From the IMG/VR virus record IMGVR_UViG_3300010149_000002, positions 1-64,000 of that record: a DNA stretch of 64,000 nt; one strand, given 5' to 3'. The notes below the pieces were generated by a model that searched no databases, had not been told where the DNA came from, and was given only the letters and a program-made list of their open reading frames with translations. Positions 1-10,144 of the stretch are shown here, one piece after another. The DNA is from a virus. The position numbers and the translations under genes are program-made. Positions within the stretch are counted from its first letter, which is position 1. Every line of letters begins with the position of its first letter.

Positions 1-1402
1 GATCACTTGCATCTGTATTATTAACTATTAAATTTATTACTTGACCATTTACATCATTAGTAAAAGTAAATGTTATATCAGTAGTTACATCTTTATAGAA
101 TACTGCATTTGTATTCCAATCAATATCATTGGTTGTGACTTCTTCATTTAAAGTTGTGCCAAAAGAGTTTTCCCATAATCCAGATCCTGAATTATAAACA
201 ATTGTCTGACCGTCTGTTGGAACGCCTGCTGATACGTCTGCTAAATTATCTAAATTAATATTATCACCAACTGGTGACGGTCTATATACTTTTATCTGTA
301 ATGTATTAGCATCTTCAACATAAAATAGAGGATTAGAAAATCCTGTAGATGGTTCGGTAGTAACTGGAGAGCCTGCAACTGTTTCAGACAGATAATAGTA
401 CTCGCCAATTGTAAATCCATGTGCATCAGATTCTACTCTTCCAAAATCGGTAACAGCAAAGTTATCGACATCAATAATACTAGTGACGGTATAGTAAGCT
501 AGAGTTGCTTCATTATCAGCTAATCCTTTTACAAAAATTGTACCATTATGATAAACCCCATCTCCGACAGCAAATCCATGTTCAACTTGGTTAATTTCTG
601 AAGTTGTACCTGCTCCGCCTCCAACTGCCTTAAGGGTATTGTCTATGACTTGAAACATCTCTTTTGAATCTGTAGCAAAAACTAATTGTCCATCTGATGC
701 AGTTGAAGCGTAAGTAATTAGGTTAGCTTCTGTATCTTGTTTAACATCTAATTGAGTAGGGGTGATAACACTACCACTTGTAAATGATCCCCCATCTATA
801 ACTCTTGTATCGATATCTGATTGTAGCTCATCTAAGGCACTCTGAACGTCTGTAGCAGCTAAGTTACCAGATGGTACATTACTAATTGCACTTGCATCGT
901 GAGCGTCTGTAGGGTTAGCTATGTGATCGTCAACAGTTGATTGTGATGTTACAATGTCTGCTTCTGCAGTATCTAATCTTTCTTCTACTTCATCAATTGC
1001 CGCTTGAACATTTGCACCAGTTAAACCACTTGTAGAATTGTCATAACTAATTTCATTTGCATCATTTTGATTATCTAATGCTACTTTTACAGCATCTAAT
1101 GCGGCTTGTACATTTGATCCAAGAGAGCTTACTGCTTCGTTTGCATCATCGTATACAATGTCTACTGAGTCAGCAGATAAAGTGTTGTTGCCAGTTGCTG
1201 CTGTAGCGTCAATTGTTTTGTTTTCTAGAGACTGTGCTTCATCAGTGTTAACAACTTCCCTAGCTGCAGAAGCATCTCTATATTTTAGTTTGTCATCAAC
1301 CGAGTCATACGCTAACTCGCCTTCTCTAGAGAGTGGTTCTAAGGTCAAGTCTTCTGGCTTAAGCTCTATCCCTTTTGTAAATCTCTTTCTTAAAATTGCC
1401 AT
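1..1402 (-). CDS. Tail fibre / receptor-binding virion protein (runs off window start)
   Basis: Not in the ORF track. ATG at 1402 after AGGAG, and the frame stays open to the window edge. Translation MAILRKRFTKGIELKPE... has repeated 'NVQAALD/NVQAAID/DVQSALD' units and 'LDNLADVS..PTDGQTIVYNSGSGLWEN', typical of phage fibres. Confidence 0.75.
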   Translation of the reverse strand, partial: MAILRKRFTKGIELKPEDLTLEPLSREGELAYDSVDDKLKYRDASAAREVVNTDEAQSLENKTIDATAATGNNTLSADSVDIVYDDANEAVSSLGSNVQAALDAVKVALDNQNDANEISYDNSTSGLTGANVQAAIDEVEERLDTAEADIVTSQSTVDDHIANPTDAHDASAISNVPSGNLAATDVQSALDELQSDIDTRVIDGGSFTSGSVITPTQLDVKQDTEANLITYASTASDGQLVFATDSKEMFQVIDNTLKAVGGGAGTTSEINQVEHGFAVGDGVYHNGTIFVKGLADNEATLAYYTVTSIIDVDNFAVTDFGRVESDAHGFTIGEYYYLSETVAGSPVTTEPSTGFSNPLFYVEDANTLQIKVYRPSPVGDNINLDNLADVSAGVPTDGQTIVYNSGSGLWENSFGTTLNEEVTTNDIDWNTNAVFYKDVTTDITFTFTNDVNGQVINLIVNNTDASD

Positions 1403-1421
1403 TTTATATGCTCCTAATTAT

Positions 1422-1886
1422 TTATACGTCTATAATTGCTTGTCCACGAAATTTTATAGTTAATTGGTCTGTATCTACTACTGATTGTGATGTATATATA
1501 AACTGTCCTGCTGCGTTAATATCTATTGAAACGTCAGCATCAGTTCCTGTAAATTCTGAATCTATATAAAAGTCAGATCCATCAAAAACACCACTGCATT
1601 TGAAAGAATCTACTTTAGGAGTACCAGAAGTAAATGTTCTAGTAATTAATCCCTCTACTTGAATTTGTTGTACTATTGATGTATCGAATGATAGTCCGTT
1701 GATAGGCTGAGAGCTTGCTCCATCTGCTAGAGAAGCTTCAGTAAGTAAAATATCTTGTGGACCTTGTATTGTTGCAATTATTTCGGAGTTTTTTCTGAGG
1801 TATAGGGTAATTTGCTCGCCCCAATTAGAATTTCCCACTGTGGGGATATCGAAGACCTCATCTCCTAATCTAAGTCTGATTGACAT
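1422..1886 (-). CDS. Hypothetical virion protein
   Basis: 154 aa, beta-rich; first gene after a late promoter motif and directly upstream of the fibre gene. Confidence 0.6.
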   Translation of the reverse strand: MSIRLRLGDEVFDIPTVGNSNWGEQITLYLRKNSEIIATIQGPQDILLTEASLADGASSQPINGLSFDTSIVQQIQVEGLITRTFTSGTPKVDSFKCSGVFDGSDFYIDSEFTGTDADVSIDINAAGQFIYTSQSVVDTDQLTIKFRGQAIIDV

Positions 1887-1916
1887 GTCATATCCTTGTT
1901 TTTATATAGCTATATA

Positions 1917-1932
1917 TACTATAGTTGTTAAA
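1917..1932 (-). promoter_or_regulatory. Late promoter motif TTTAACAACTATAGTA (copy 1)
   Basis: Exact 16-mer, about 30 nt upstream of ATG 1886. Confidence 0.8.
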
Positions 1933-1966
1933 ATACAGTATTTTACCTGATTTCAATACTATATAT

Positions 1967-1993
1967 AAAAAAGCCCCGACATTGCATCGGGGC
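1967..1993 (-). terminator. Rho-independent terminator after the major capsid gene
   Basis: Minus strand reads GCCCCGA-TGCAATG-TCGGGGC-TTTTTT. Confidence 0.85.
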
Positions 1994-2020
1994 GATATTA
2001 CTAATTAAGAACTAATTAGA

Positions 2021-3322
2021 TTACGAGTGAGTATCATTTTTGATGTATCTTAAGATTGTGATACAGCTTGGTCTACTTGAGAATAGTGCTTGGTCAGAGT
2101 AAGCTCTGATTTCGTAACCACTATGGTTGTCAAGAAGTCTGAAAAATTCACCTTCGTATCCTTTTGGATCAAAAGTAATGTCAGAAGAACCGATTCTGAT
2201 AAGATCTTTCTCACAGAAAGCGTAAGCGTAACCTTCTTTAACGTAAGTAGAAGGGATGATTTTGATAGATCCTGCTTGACCTTCAAATTCGATCGCTCTA
2301 GCACCTTCTTTAACTTTAGCAGCACTATAAGAAGAGTCATATCTTCTCTTAGCAGTTTGCTCAGTTAAAAGGTCATTCCAAGAGTTAACATTAACCATAA
2401 CAGTCATTTGCTCTTCTCCAAGACCTTTTTCAACAGCTCTAGCAACAGCTTCTTCAACTTTAGCAAAGCTTAACTTAGCTGCAGTAGAAACAGTTCCAAC
2501 GTCAACCAAGTTACCTTGGAAAAGTGGCTCGTTAGAGTTATTGATTTCAAATAGGTTTCCTCTAGTTTCAGCAATAGAGTGAAGTCCTAGCATATCTTTA
2601 TGTACAGCACCTGCTTCACAAGCACCGGAAAAGAAGATAACGTCAGTAGCTGCAACACTAATTGCTGAAGCGTCTTCAAGAACAGTTACTTTTTTAGATT
2701 GGATGTCATATCCAGAAATCGTTAGTTCCCCTCTCTTAGTAGCAAGATCAGAAGAAAAGATTTCAATTTTATGTTTAGTAGTACCAACCCAGATACCTGC
2801 TGCCCATTCTTGATCTTCAACTTTAAGAACAGATGGTCCAGTTCCAGTTACTGATTCTACGATACCAATACCTTTTTGTCCGTAAAGCATTGATACTTCT
2901 AGTCTGTGGTACATAGATTTCATCATGTTACCAGTTAATAATTTAATACCTCTTTCAAAAGCACCATTAGAGTTTTGAGATCTAGAAGCAACAGCAGTAG
3001 AGATCGCAGATCTTAATACCATTTCTACAGATTTAACTCTAGCGTTCTTAAGAGTAAATGAACTTGGAGTTCTTAATGCAAAAGCCTCTCCGTCAGAACC
3101 ACCGTAAGTAATCCCACCTTCAAGTCCTAGAACTACAGGCTCGTTATAAGCAGCACCAAGTTCTTTATCTCCGGGTGCGAAAGGAACCATATCTGCCATT
3201 TTAGTGTTAGCAGGTACTAAGTCTTTAAGTTCGTTGTAAATTTCTTTAAATAATCCGTTTAGTGCGGATGCTCCATTCTGGCTATGTGCCGAATCTGGAA
3301 GTGTTGAGCCAATGTCAGCCAT
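2021..3322 (-). CDS. Major capsid protein
   Basis: 433 aa; follows the portal and scaffold genes; own late promoter, strong RBS, biased codons and a terminator. Confidence 0.85.
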   Translation of the reverse strand: MADIGSTLPDSAHSQNGASALNGLFKEIYNELKDLVPANTKMADMVPFAPGDKELGAAYNEPVVLGLEGGITYGGSDGEAFALRTPSSFTLKNARVKSVEMVLRSAISTAVASRSQNSNGAFERGIKLLTGNMMKSMYHRLEVSMLYGQKGIGIVESVTGTGPSVLKVEDQEWAAGIWVGTTKHKIEIFSSDLATKRGELTISGYDIQSKKVTVLEDASAISVAATDVIFFSGACEAGAVHKDMLGLHSIAETRGNLFEINNSNEPLFQGNLVDVGTVSTAAKLSFAKVEEAVARAVEKGLGEEQMTVMVNVNSWNDLLTEQTAKRRYDSSYSAAKVKEGARAIEFEGQAGSIKIIPSTYVKEGYAYAFCEKDLIRIGSSDITFDPKGYEGEFFRLLDNHSGYEIRAYSDQALFSSRPSCITILRYIKNDTHS

Positions 3323-3495
3323 TTTAATCTCCTATGATTAGTTTTTAGTTAATTTGATAAATTTCCATCTTTTCACTTGACTGATTTGTTTTAATTTGAT
3401 ACTCTAAAATCCGGTTAAGGGTATTTAAAGGTCTTGTCAAAACTACCACAGATTTGATCTAAGATAGTTAAACGTAGGGCAAAATAACCCTACGG

Positions 3496-3511
3496 TACTA
3501 TAGTTGTTAAA
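3496..3511 (-). promoter_or_regulatory. Late promoter motif (copy 2), upstream of the capsid leader
   Basis: Exact 16-mer. Confidence 0.8.
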
Positions 3512-3523
3512 ATTACGTTATTT

Positions 3524-4525
3524 TTATCTATTTCTTACACTAAAGAAGTCTTCTAGTCTGCCTTTCTTTTTATCATCAGACTTTGCTTCTTTCTTAGGTG
3601 CAGAAGGTTTGTTTATAGATTTCGCAGACTTAGGTGCTTTTCTAACCTTACTTATAGCCTTTTTCTTGAGCCTATCGATGTTTTTATTACCGATATATTG
3701 CTCAATAATCTCATCAGGCATGTCCTCAAAAAGCTTAGAAATCTCATCTTTGATCTCTTTTTCTACAGTTGGTAAAACGTCTTTTACAGAAATCTCATCT
3801 GGGTCAAATCCACCGCCACCTTCGTTTTGTGGTGTGATTGCCCAAGCTAGAGTATCTGCAATTTGTCTTACAACTCTAGGTGAAGCAGTCAATGTAGTGT
3901 GTGCATCTAATGCCTCTGAAATTTCATTGTCAAGTTGCATAGCAGCTTCTTCCTGCATACGCTCATATTCCATCTGCTTTTCTCTTTCTTCCTTAGATTT
4001 TAATTGCTCTCTAAGTTGTTGAAGCTCTTTTTCTCTTTCTTCTCTTTCAAGTTCAGCAGGATCTTTTTTCATCTGCTCTAGTCTTTGTGCCATTCTCATT
4101 TCAGCTAGTTCATCAGCATCCATTCCCATTTGCTCAAAGAACTTCCAAGGATTGTTTTTCCAATCATTTACTTGATTTTTAAGAGCGTTCTCTAATTCAG
4201 CTTTTTGTTGCATAGCTTGTTGACCTGCATAAGCTCTTTGTAATTCTCTTTTTACAGCTTCTTCATCACTTAGATCTAATGTCTTGTTAAATGTTTTCCC
4301 ATTAACTTTTAATTGGAACTCTTTAACCATGCTCTTTAGCTCTTTTTCGCTTGCACCGTTCTTTGCTGCTTCTTCAAGCTCTTCTTCAAGTTCTTCAACG
4401 GAATCAGCTTGGACACCTTCATCAGATGACTCATCGCCTTCTGCTTCAATTTCCCCTGACTCTTCTACAACCTCATTATCAATAGGTTGCTCTTGTACTT
4501 CGTTTTCGATTACTTCTTCAGACAT
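3524..4525 (-). CDS. Capsid scaffolding protein
   Basis: Acidic N-terminus, 'LKVNGK' motif, coiled coil and basic C-terminus; immediately upstream of the capsid gene. Confidence 0.75.
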   Translation of the reverse strand: MSEEVIENEVQEQPIDNEVVEESGEIEAEGDESSDEGVQADSVEELEEELEEAAKNGASEKELKSMVKEFQLKVNGKTFNKTLDLSDEEAVKRELQRAYAGQQAMQQKAELENALKNQVNDWKNNPWKFFEQMGMDADELAEMRMAQRLEQMKKDPAELEREEREKELQQLREQLKSKEEREKQMEYERMQEEAAMQLDNEISEALDAHTTLTASPRVVRQIADTLAWAITPQNEGGGGFDPDEISVKDVLPTVEKEIKDEISKLFEDMPDEIIEQYIGNKNIDRLKKKAISKVRKAPKSAKSINKPSAPKKEAKSDDKKKGRLEDFFSVRNR

Positions 4526-4581
4526 AGTAACTCCTTAGTTATATATGTAAGTGTACTGCTCTTTATTGAGTAAGTACTAAA

Positions 4582-4851
4582 TTATTTTACTTTGTTCTTT
4601 ATTTTAGTGAACTTTTTACTTGTATATTGTTTGCCTTTACTTCTAGCATCTGCCTTTGCTTTCTTAGCGGATTCTTTTTCTTTATCAGACATTTCTCCCC
4701 ATGTTTTTGGAGTGTCTTTTGTAACTCTTTTAGAAGGTCTACAGTAGCTATCATCATCTCCATGACCACACTCTTTACCTTTAGAATCTTTCCACACTTC
4801 CTTGTGCCACCTTACTAATCCACCTTGAGAAGCAGAAGGTTTTTTACTCAT
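4582..4851 (-). CDS. Small basic protein, DUF5872-like family (second half)
   Basis: GGLVRWHKEVWKD...CG...YCRPSKRVTKDTPKTW motif, recalled from phage and giant-virus proteins. Confidence 0.55.
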   Translation of the reverse strand: MSKKPSASQGGLVRWHKEVWKDSKGKECGHGDDDSYCRPSKRVTKDTPKTWGEMSDKEKESAKKAKADARSKGKQYTSKKFTKIKNKVK

Positions 4852-5027
4852 TTCTTGTAGCCTCCACCTTTCTTCTTATATTCCTTTACTACAGCAGACG
4901 ATGCGTATGCACTTGGCCAATCTTCATTATACTTCTTTTTTATCTTAGCTTTAATCTTTTTATAAAGCTCCGGCTTAGTTGGACAAGCTCCATTAGCTGT
5001 CTTGCCATCACATGACTTTTTAGACAT
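4848..5027 (-). CDS. Small basic protein, DUF5872-like family (first half), 59 aa
   Basis: Not in the track. AGGAG RBS; MSKKSCDG...PTKPELYKKIK...WPSAYASSAVVKEYKKKGGGYKK; ATGA overlap with the next gene. Confidence 0.65.
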   Translation of the reverse strand: MSKKSCDGKTANGACPTKPELYKKIKAKIKKKYNEDWPSAYASSAVVKEYKKKGGGYKK

Positions 5028-5769
5028 TATAGCTCTCCTTTAGTTCATGTTTTTTCTGAGGAACTTGTATTTTATTTCTCCAACTATTATTACTATAAGT
5101 TCCATCAAAACTATTATTTTTTATTAAATTATGTTCTTCACTTAATACTTGTAAATTCCAAGAAACGTGTAGTCCACATACGTCTGGGTGATTAATAGGT
5201 ATTATGTGGTCTACGTTAAATCTATACCCTAATTGTTTTTCTAGATCTGCTGCTTTCTTGTAAAACTTCTTTAAAATCTTATAATCCTCTTTAAATGCTT
5301 TTTTACAAGCTTTTTTAATAAATCTTGTTTCGGCAATCCTCGCTCTACACCTATCGGGATGTCTTTTTTCATACCTTTTTCTTTTTTGTTTAATAAGATC
5401 TTTATTATTACTTGCCCATTTTTTATTTCTTATCTTTATTTTTTCTTTGTTTTCTATATAATATTTTGCATTTTTTTCTTTTATAATCTTTTTATTTTTT
5501 TCGCTATATTTCTTTTTATAGTCAGATGCATACTTTTTCTTACATTTATCTGAACAGTATTTTTTAGATTTTGTAAAACTTTTAAACTCACCGTCACATA
5601 TTTTACAACTTAAAGTAATAAGTTTTCTATTTTCTCTTTTTTTTGCAGCAACTTTAGACTTGTACTTTTTTCGATATTCCTTCTTTTTTATACTTCTACA
5701 ATCTTTACAATATTTAGAAAACCTTGAAGATTCATAATCTATGTTACATAATTTGCAATTATATTTCAT
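5020..5769 (-). CDS. HNH endonuclease with N-terminal Zn-finger/basic region
   Basis: VDHIIPI..VCGLHVSWNLQVL..HN..KNN motif; CxxC pairs. Confidence 0.85.
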   Translation of the reverse strand: MKYNCKLCNIDYESSRFSKYCKDCRSIKKKEYRKKYKSKVAAKKRENRKLITLSCKICDGEFKSFTKSKKYCSDKCKKKYASDYKKKYSEKNKKIIKEKNAKYYIENKEKIKIRNKKWASNNKDLIKQKRKRYEKRHPDRCRARIAETRFIKKACKKAFKEDYKILKKFYKKAADLEKQLGYRFNVDHIIPINHPDVCGLHVSWNLQVLSEEHNLIKNNSFDGTYSNNSWRNKIQVPQKKHELKESYNV

Positions 5770-6085
5770 ATTTATTTATATCCATCCATTTCTGTTGAGT
5801 CATGCCTTTTGGACATCTGCCAAAACTTCTAAACCGTTCTTCATCTTCAAATCTAACTCCCATTCCTTCTAGTCTGGTTTTTACAGACCTTTTTAGAACA
5901 TTTAGATTGTTAATGTTTTCCCCACCTCTATGTACATTCTCTGAGTTTATGTTTTTAATCTTATACGTTACATTTTCTAGATCTAAATATACCAAGTACT
6001 CTGCACCAGTTCTTTCTGATTTTAGAATCTTGTTAGAAACTACAACGCCTTCTTCTTTTGTGTTTTTATATCTAATTCTTTTCAT
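5759..6085 (-). CDS. Hypothetical protein
   Basis: 108 aa, coupled to the portal stop codon. Confidence 0.6.
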   Translation of the reverse strand: MKRIRYKNTKEEGVVVSNKILKSERTGAEYLVYLDLENVTYKIKNINSENVHRGGENINNLNVLKRSVKTRLEGMGVRFEDEERFRSFGRCPKGMTQQKWMDINKYEI

Positions 6086-8175
6086 TAAACATTCCCCTGT
6101 CCTGTATTCATTGCCATTAATTCTTCTGGTGATTGTGGTTGTGCTTGTCCCTGTATATCAGGAGCTTGTGCAGGTTGCGGCATACCCGGAGCAGTTTGAT
6201 TCATAGGAGTACCTTGCATTGGTTGTGATGCTCCTTGTGCTCCCGGAACTCCACCTTGTTGTTGTGGATTAACCGGACTTCCCCCCGGAGGAGCAAGCGG
6301 TTGTTCACCTATAATCGATAATAAATTTGGATCACTTGTTTGAAGTAATGTAATGTGCTCTTGTATGTGTGCTAATGTTCTAGCTACTAAGTCTGCATCT
6401 TGTCTTAGAACAGGATCAGATAATACTGCTCTATGTTCTCTAATATGCATTGCGTGATGATCTGTTGCGATTGCAATAACATCTCCTGAACCTTTTAATA
6501 GTGATTCGTTTTCTGCATTTATAGTATCTAATTCGTTAGTTACACTTTGAGTAATACCTTTTAAGTTACCTGTATTTAGAATCTCTAGGTATTTCTCTGG
6601 AGTAGTAATAACACCCATCTGTAAAAGGTTTTCAGCAATCTGTGCTCTACCTGCAGGAGTCTGTGCAAGTGCGTTACCTACATCGACAACAACTCTGTTA
6701 ATAGATTCTAGATCTTCTGATTTAAACTCTACCATTTTAGTCGTACTTGATATACCTGCAATTGATGCAATTCTTGGTGCATCTGCAAAGTCTTTTAATA
6801 TATTTATCAAACCAGTTCCAACATCTTCTAATAATTGAATATAAGACTGTTGTAATCCTGACATAAATTGTAATGCTTGTGACTGTACTAGTGCTAGTGC
6901 CGTACCTGATCGTAAACTAGTTTCAGGATTACCCCTTGCAACCGAGTTAATACCCGATACGGTTTCCATAGTCTTTTCTAATATAGATAAAAAGTTATAG
7001 GTTTCTTGAGAAGTAGCAGTTAGTTGTAGTGGTTCTGGTTTCCCTACTTGATCATTGTATTCTAAGAAGTTTAGTCCACCTTCTAATTGATTTACTTTTA
7101 GATTGTTACCTTGTGGGTTTAGAATATTCTGGACACCAAAGGCATTATTGTTTGTCATAATTGTTGAGTATAAACTATTGATAGCATCTTGAAGTGGTAA
7201 AATATCCCACATAGATGTGTAACCATATGGAGTACCTAAAATATTTCTAGGAGCGATCCTAAGAATAGGTAAATCCCTATAAGGCATATCAGTATCTTCT
7301 AAAACTATATCAGAAGTGATATACATTAAATATCTACCTTCTGGTTTTGCTTCAGTTCTTTTGTGATATAATTCGTATACTGGAATATCTTCTGTCTTAT
7401 CGAATGATGACAATGAGATTCTATTATTAGCGTTACCCTGATCTTTAGTTGCGATTGTCATAATTTCATCTTCAAATTGAGGGTACTTTTCTTTAAGGTT
7501 ATGTCTGTTTACAAAAGTCCTAATAACAACCCACTCATGTAAATCAGGAGATTCTTTAGTAGAATCAAATGCAACATCAAATGGAGATAGAGTGTAGAAA
7601 TCTACATCACCATCATAAATTGGAATTGGCTTTAGAATATTACCATCTTCGTCTAATGGATTATCTTCATCGTCAAATGAAGCGATGGAACTAGGGTCTA
7701 TGTCGAGGTAGTCATTTATTTCTCCTCGGGTAGCGTTCCATTCCATTTTTACAAATCCAGACCCTAACACGATTGCATATTCTACGGCAGCTTTTATATT
7801 GCGTTCTAGCCGCTTTTCACGCATATAGTATTCTAAGAGTCCATTACCAAGCTCCGCTTGTATCTTAGATTTTCTATCTGTATTTATTGCTCTACATTGA
7901 AAACTTGGACGAGATCCAGTTACCATGTTAAGCATGTGTGTACATAAGTTAGAATAGTGATTTACAGCAAGATTTACTAATTCACCTTGTTCACCACCAA
8001 AGCTAATCTCATGACTACTTTGATAATAGTTACCATGATACGCTGACCATGACTTTTTTATCTTACTAATATAATTATTTACAGTAATGTTTTGAAACCA
8101 TTCCTGAGTCTTCTTTTCTAAATAACTGGCAGCCTTCTCAGCTTCGTCAGCAGCAAAATAAATGCTGTGTTCCAT
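6085..8175 (-). CDS. Portal protein
   Basis: About 696 aa after TerL; 'LLPLQDAIN'-like and 'SGIN..ARG....SG.A' portal motifs; Gln/Pro-rich tail. ATG 8175 fits the RBS spacing better than GTG 8181. Confidence 0.85.
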   Translation of the reverse strand: MEHSIYFAADEAEKAASYLEKKTQEWFQNITVNNYISKIKKSWSAYHGNYYQSSHEISFGGEQGELVNLAVNHYSNLCTHMLNMVTGSRPSFQCRAINTDRKSKIQAELGNGLLEYYMREKRLERNIKAAVEYAIVLGSGFVKMEWNATRGEINDYLDIDPSSIASFDDEDNPLDEDGNILKPIPIYDGDVDFYTLSPFDVAFDSTKESPDLHEWVVIRTFVNRHNLKEKYPQFEDEIMTIATKDQGNANNRISLSSFDKTEDIPVYELYHKRTEAKPEGRYLMYITSDIVLEDTDMPYRDLPILRIAPRNILGTPYGYTSMWDILPLQDAINSLYSTIMTNNNAFGVQNILNPQGNNLKVNQLEGGLNFLEYNDQVGKPEPLQLTATSQETYNFLSILEKTMETVSGINSVARGNPETSLRSGTALALVQSQALQFMSGLQQSYIQLLEDVGTGLINILKDFADAPRIASIAGISSTTKMVEFKSEDLESINRVVVDVGNALAQTPAGRAQIAENLLQMGVITTPEKYLEILNTGNLKGITQSVTNELDTINAENESLLKGSGDVIAIATDHHAMHIREHRAVLSDPVLRQDADLVARTLAHIQEHITLLQTSDPNLLSIIGEQPLAPPGGSPVNPQQQGGVPGAQGASQPMQGTPMNQTAPGMPQPAQAPDIQGQAQPQSPEELMAMNTGQGNV

Positions 8176-8201
8176 TATCACTCCTTAAAGTATCATTATA
8201 G

Positions 8202-8217
8202 TACTATAGTTGTTAAA
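8202..8217 (-). promoter_or_regulatory. Late promoter motif (copy 3), upstream of portal
   Basis: Exact 16-mer. Confidence 0.8.
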
Positions 8218-8235
8218 AAGGTGTATTTTTAAAAC

Positions 8236-8296
8236 ATGGGTATTATATTACTCAAATATTACAAATACTTAAATAAATGGGTACTATATTACTCAA
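8236..8296. repeat. 20-bp direct repeat ATGGGTAYTATATTACTCAA x2
   Basis: Copies at 8236-8255 and 8277-8296 with one mismatch. Confidence 0.8.
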
Positions 8297-9777
8297 TTCT
8301 TTTTACGATTCATTATCGTATCCATTAATTCCTGCAACTTACCTGCCTTTGGTTTATGTAAGCTCCTGAAAATACCCGGACCTTTCATTTCATTATAGTC
8401 ATCTGGGAATGGATTTCTACCCTCGTTTACATTTCTTACTAGGTATATAAGAGCATCAAGTCCATCACAGTGACCGCCTCTTATTTCACCATTAGGTGTA
8501 TCTTTCAATTGGATAAATGATTTTCTATGTTTGTCCCATTGAGCATTTTCAACATGGTATCTTAAGTGTTTACACCTTTCATGTATTTCGATCTTACCTT
8601 GATGTACCCATAATCTAACTTGGTTTATCTGGGCTTCTTTATTGTCTTTTTTAGTTGCAACAAAATGTAGATCATGTAATCTAACTAAATCGTTAATAAG
8701 TTTTAGATCATTATCCATAACACGAATATAAGGCTTCTGTGCCATGTTAGTATCTTCTCTATGGAATCTAAGTTCTTCTTTTTCTTTGATCCTCTTTGCT
8801 AGAGCATCTGTTGTCATTTCTGGACCATTCATAACTAGTTCATCTGTTATTACTAATTTAGCTTTCATAAAATCATAGTACGAAAATAGTATTACTGTTA
8901 GATCCCTAAATCCAACATCACCCGATACATAAGCATCAAAGTGATCGGGCATTTTTAGTTCGCTTACCACTATTTCATGTTTCATCTGTTCAAATTCAGG
9001 TACTACAGTGTTTTCAGTAACCCTTGGTATTTCACACATATACTCGCATCTAAATTTAGGATTATCGACTCCACCTGCATATCTAGCTATGATTTTATCT
9101 CTTTTCCGATCAGATACCATCGGAGATTCAAATAAGGTATACTTTACGAGCCTATCCTCTGCTTCTAATGGGAAAACATATTCTGTGTGAAACTCATGTT
9201 GGGGGTTTTTATAATTAGGTGTAGAAGTTAGAATCAATTTACCATCTGTAGTGTCGGTTGTAGGCAACAAAATACTATCAACAATATACTCCAAATCGTC
9301 CATAAACCCTGCCTCATCGCATATTAGAAGCTGTGCATAACCACCACGAAGGTTCTCAGCATTACCATTATCCGTACCTGCAATTTGTATTTCAGAACCG
9401 TTTGGGAATTGATAAACTTTATCATTTGCCTTCCACATATCTTGTAAATTATACTCTTCTGGTGCATCTTCAAATATAGTCCTCATTATGGGCTTAATAA
9501 TCGTTGTCACCATTCTTTGCTTTGGACATGCGTATTTTACAATAGCGTTAGGTATTCTTATACAAAGTTCTACTGCTGCAAGACAATTAGTAAAAGATTT
9601 CCCAAAACGTCTTGATACCAATATACAAGATACGTCATGTTGTGCGTCCATTATGTTTCTATAGATATCTTCTTGTTTTCCTTTAAGCTTCCAAGAAAGT
9701 TCTCCCATACGCCATAGTTTATGTTTTGCTGCACGTTTTTCTGGGCTATCCTGTTCTTTCTTCTTGGGGACTTTCAC
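8293..9777 (-). CDS. terL: Terminase large subunit
   Basis: Walker A SRRFGKS, 'LRG', Walker B LICDEAG, coupling motif TSTP, RNase H-fold nuclease (DVGFRD...HCDGLDALIY). Confidence 0.93.
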   Translation of the reverse strand: MKVPKKKEQDSPEKRAAKHKLWRMGELSWKLKGKQEDIYRNIMDAQHDVSCILVSRRFGKSFTNCLAAVELCIRIPNAIVKYACPKQRMVTTIIKPIMRTIFEDAPEEYNLQDMWKANDKVYQFPNGSEIQIAGTDNGNAENLRGGYAQLLICDEAGFMDDLEYIVDSILLPTTDTTDGKLILTSTPNYKNPQHEFHTEYVFPLEAEDRLVKYTLFESPMVSDRKRDKIIARYAGGVDNPKFRCEYMCEIPRVTENTVVPEFEQMKHEIVVSELKMPDHFDAYVSGDVGFRDLTVILFSYYDFMKAKLVITDELVMNGPEMTTDALAKRIKEKEELRFHREDTNMAQKPYIRVMDNDLKLINDLVRLHDLHFVATKKDNKEAQINQVRLWVHQGKIEIHERCKHLRYHVENAQWDKHRKSFIQLKDTPNGEIRGGHCDGLDALIYLVRNVNEGRNPFPDDYNEMKGPGIFRSLHKPKAGKLQELMDTIMNRKKN

Positions 9778-10136
9778 TATTTACCTTTAACTATACTAAA
9801 AAGCTCACCTACATCTTCGGTTTTAAGCTTATTTCCTTTAGGTTTCTTAGTGCTTTGACCCCTAATAAGCCTTAAATTCTTTATAAGTATGTCTAATTGT
9901 TGGGTATCATCCTTACCAAAAGTACCATTTTCGTACAGTTTTTTAAGGTGTCCTATGCCTTTTACGCATATATACTCCTCTTCTGATATAGAATCTAGTC
10001 CTTCTATCTCATCTTCTAGGTCATTATCAACAATAACTTGCTTCATTTTCTGGTTTTCTGACTCTAATTCTAGTATTTTTTTGTTAAGTGATGCAATTTC
10101 AAACTCTACATCACTATAATCTGTCTTATCTGACAT
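9777..10136 (-). CDS. Hypothetical protein, candidate terminase small subunit
   Basis: Directly upstream of and overlapping terL; helical. Assigned by position only. Confidence 0.4.
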   Translation of the reverse strand: MSDKTDYSDVEFEIASLNKKILELESENQKMKQVIVDNDLEDEIEGLDSISEEEYICVKGIGHLKKLYENGTFGKDDTQQLDILIKNLRLIRGQSTKKPKGNKLKTEDVGELFSIVKGK

Positions 10137-10144
10137 AAAAACTC

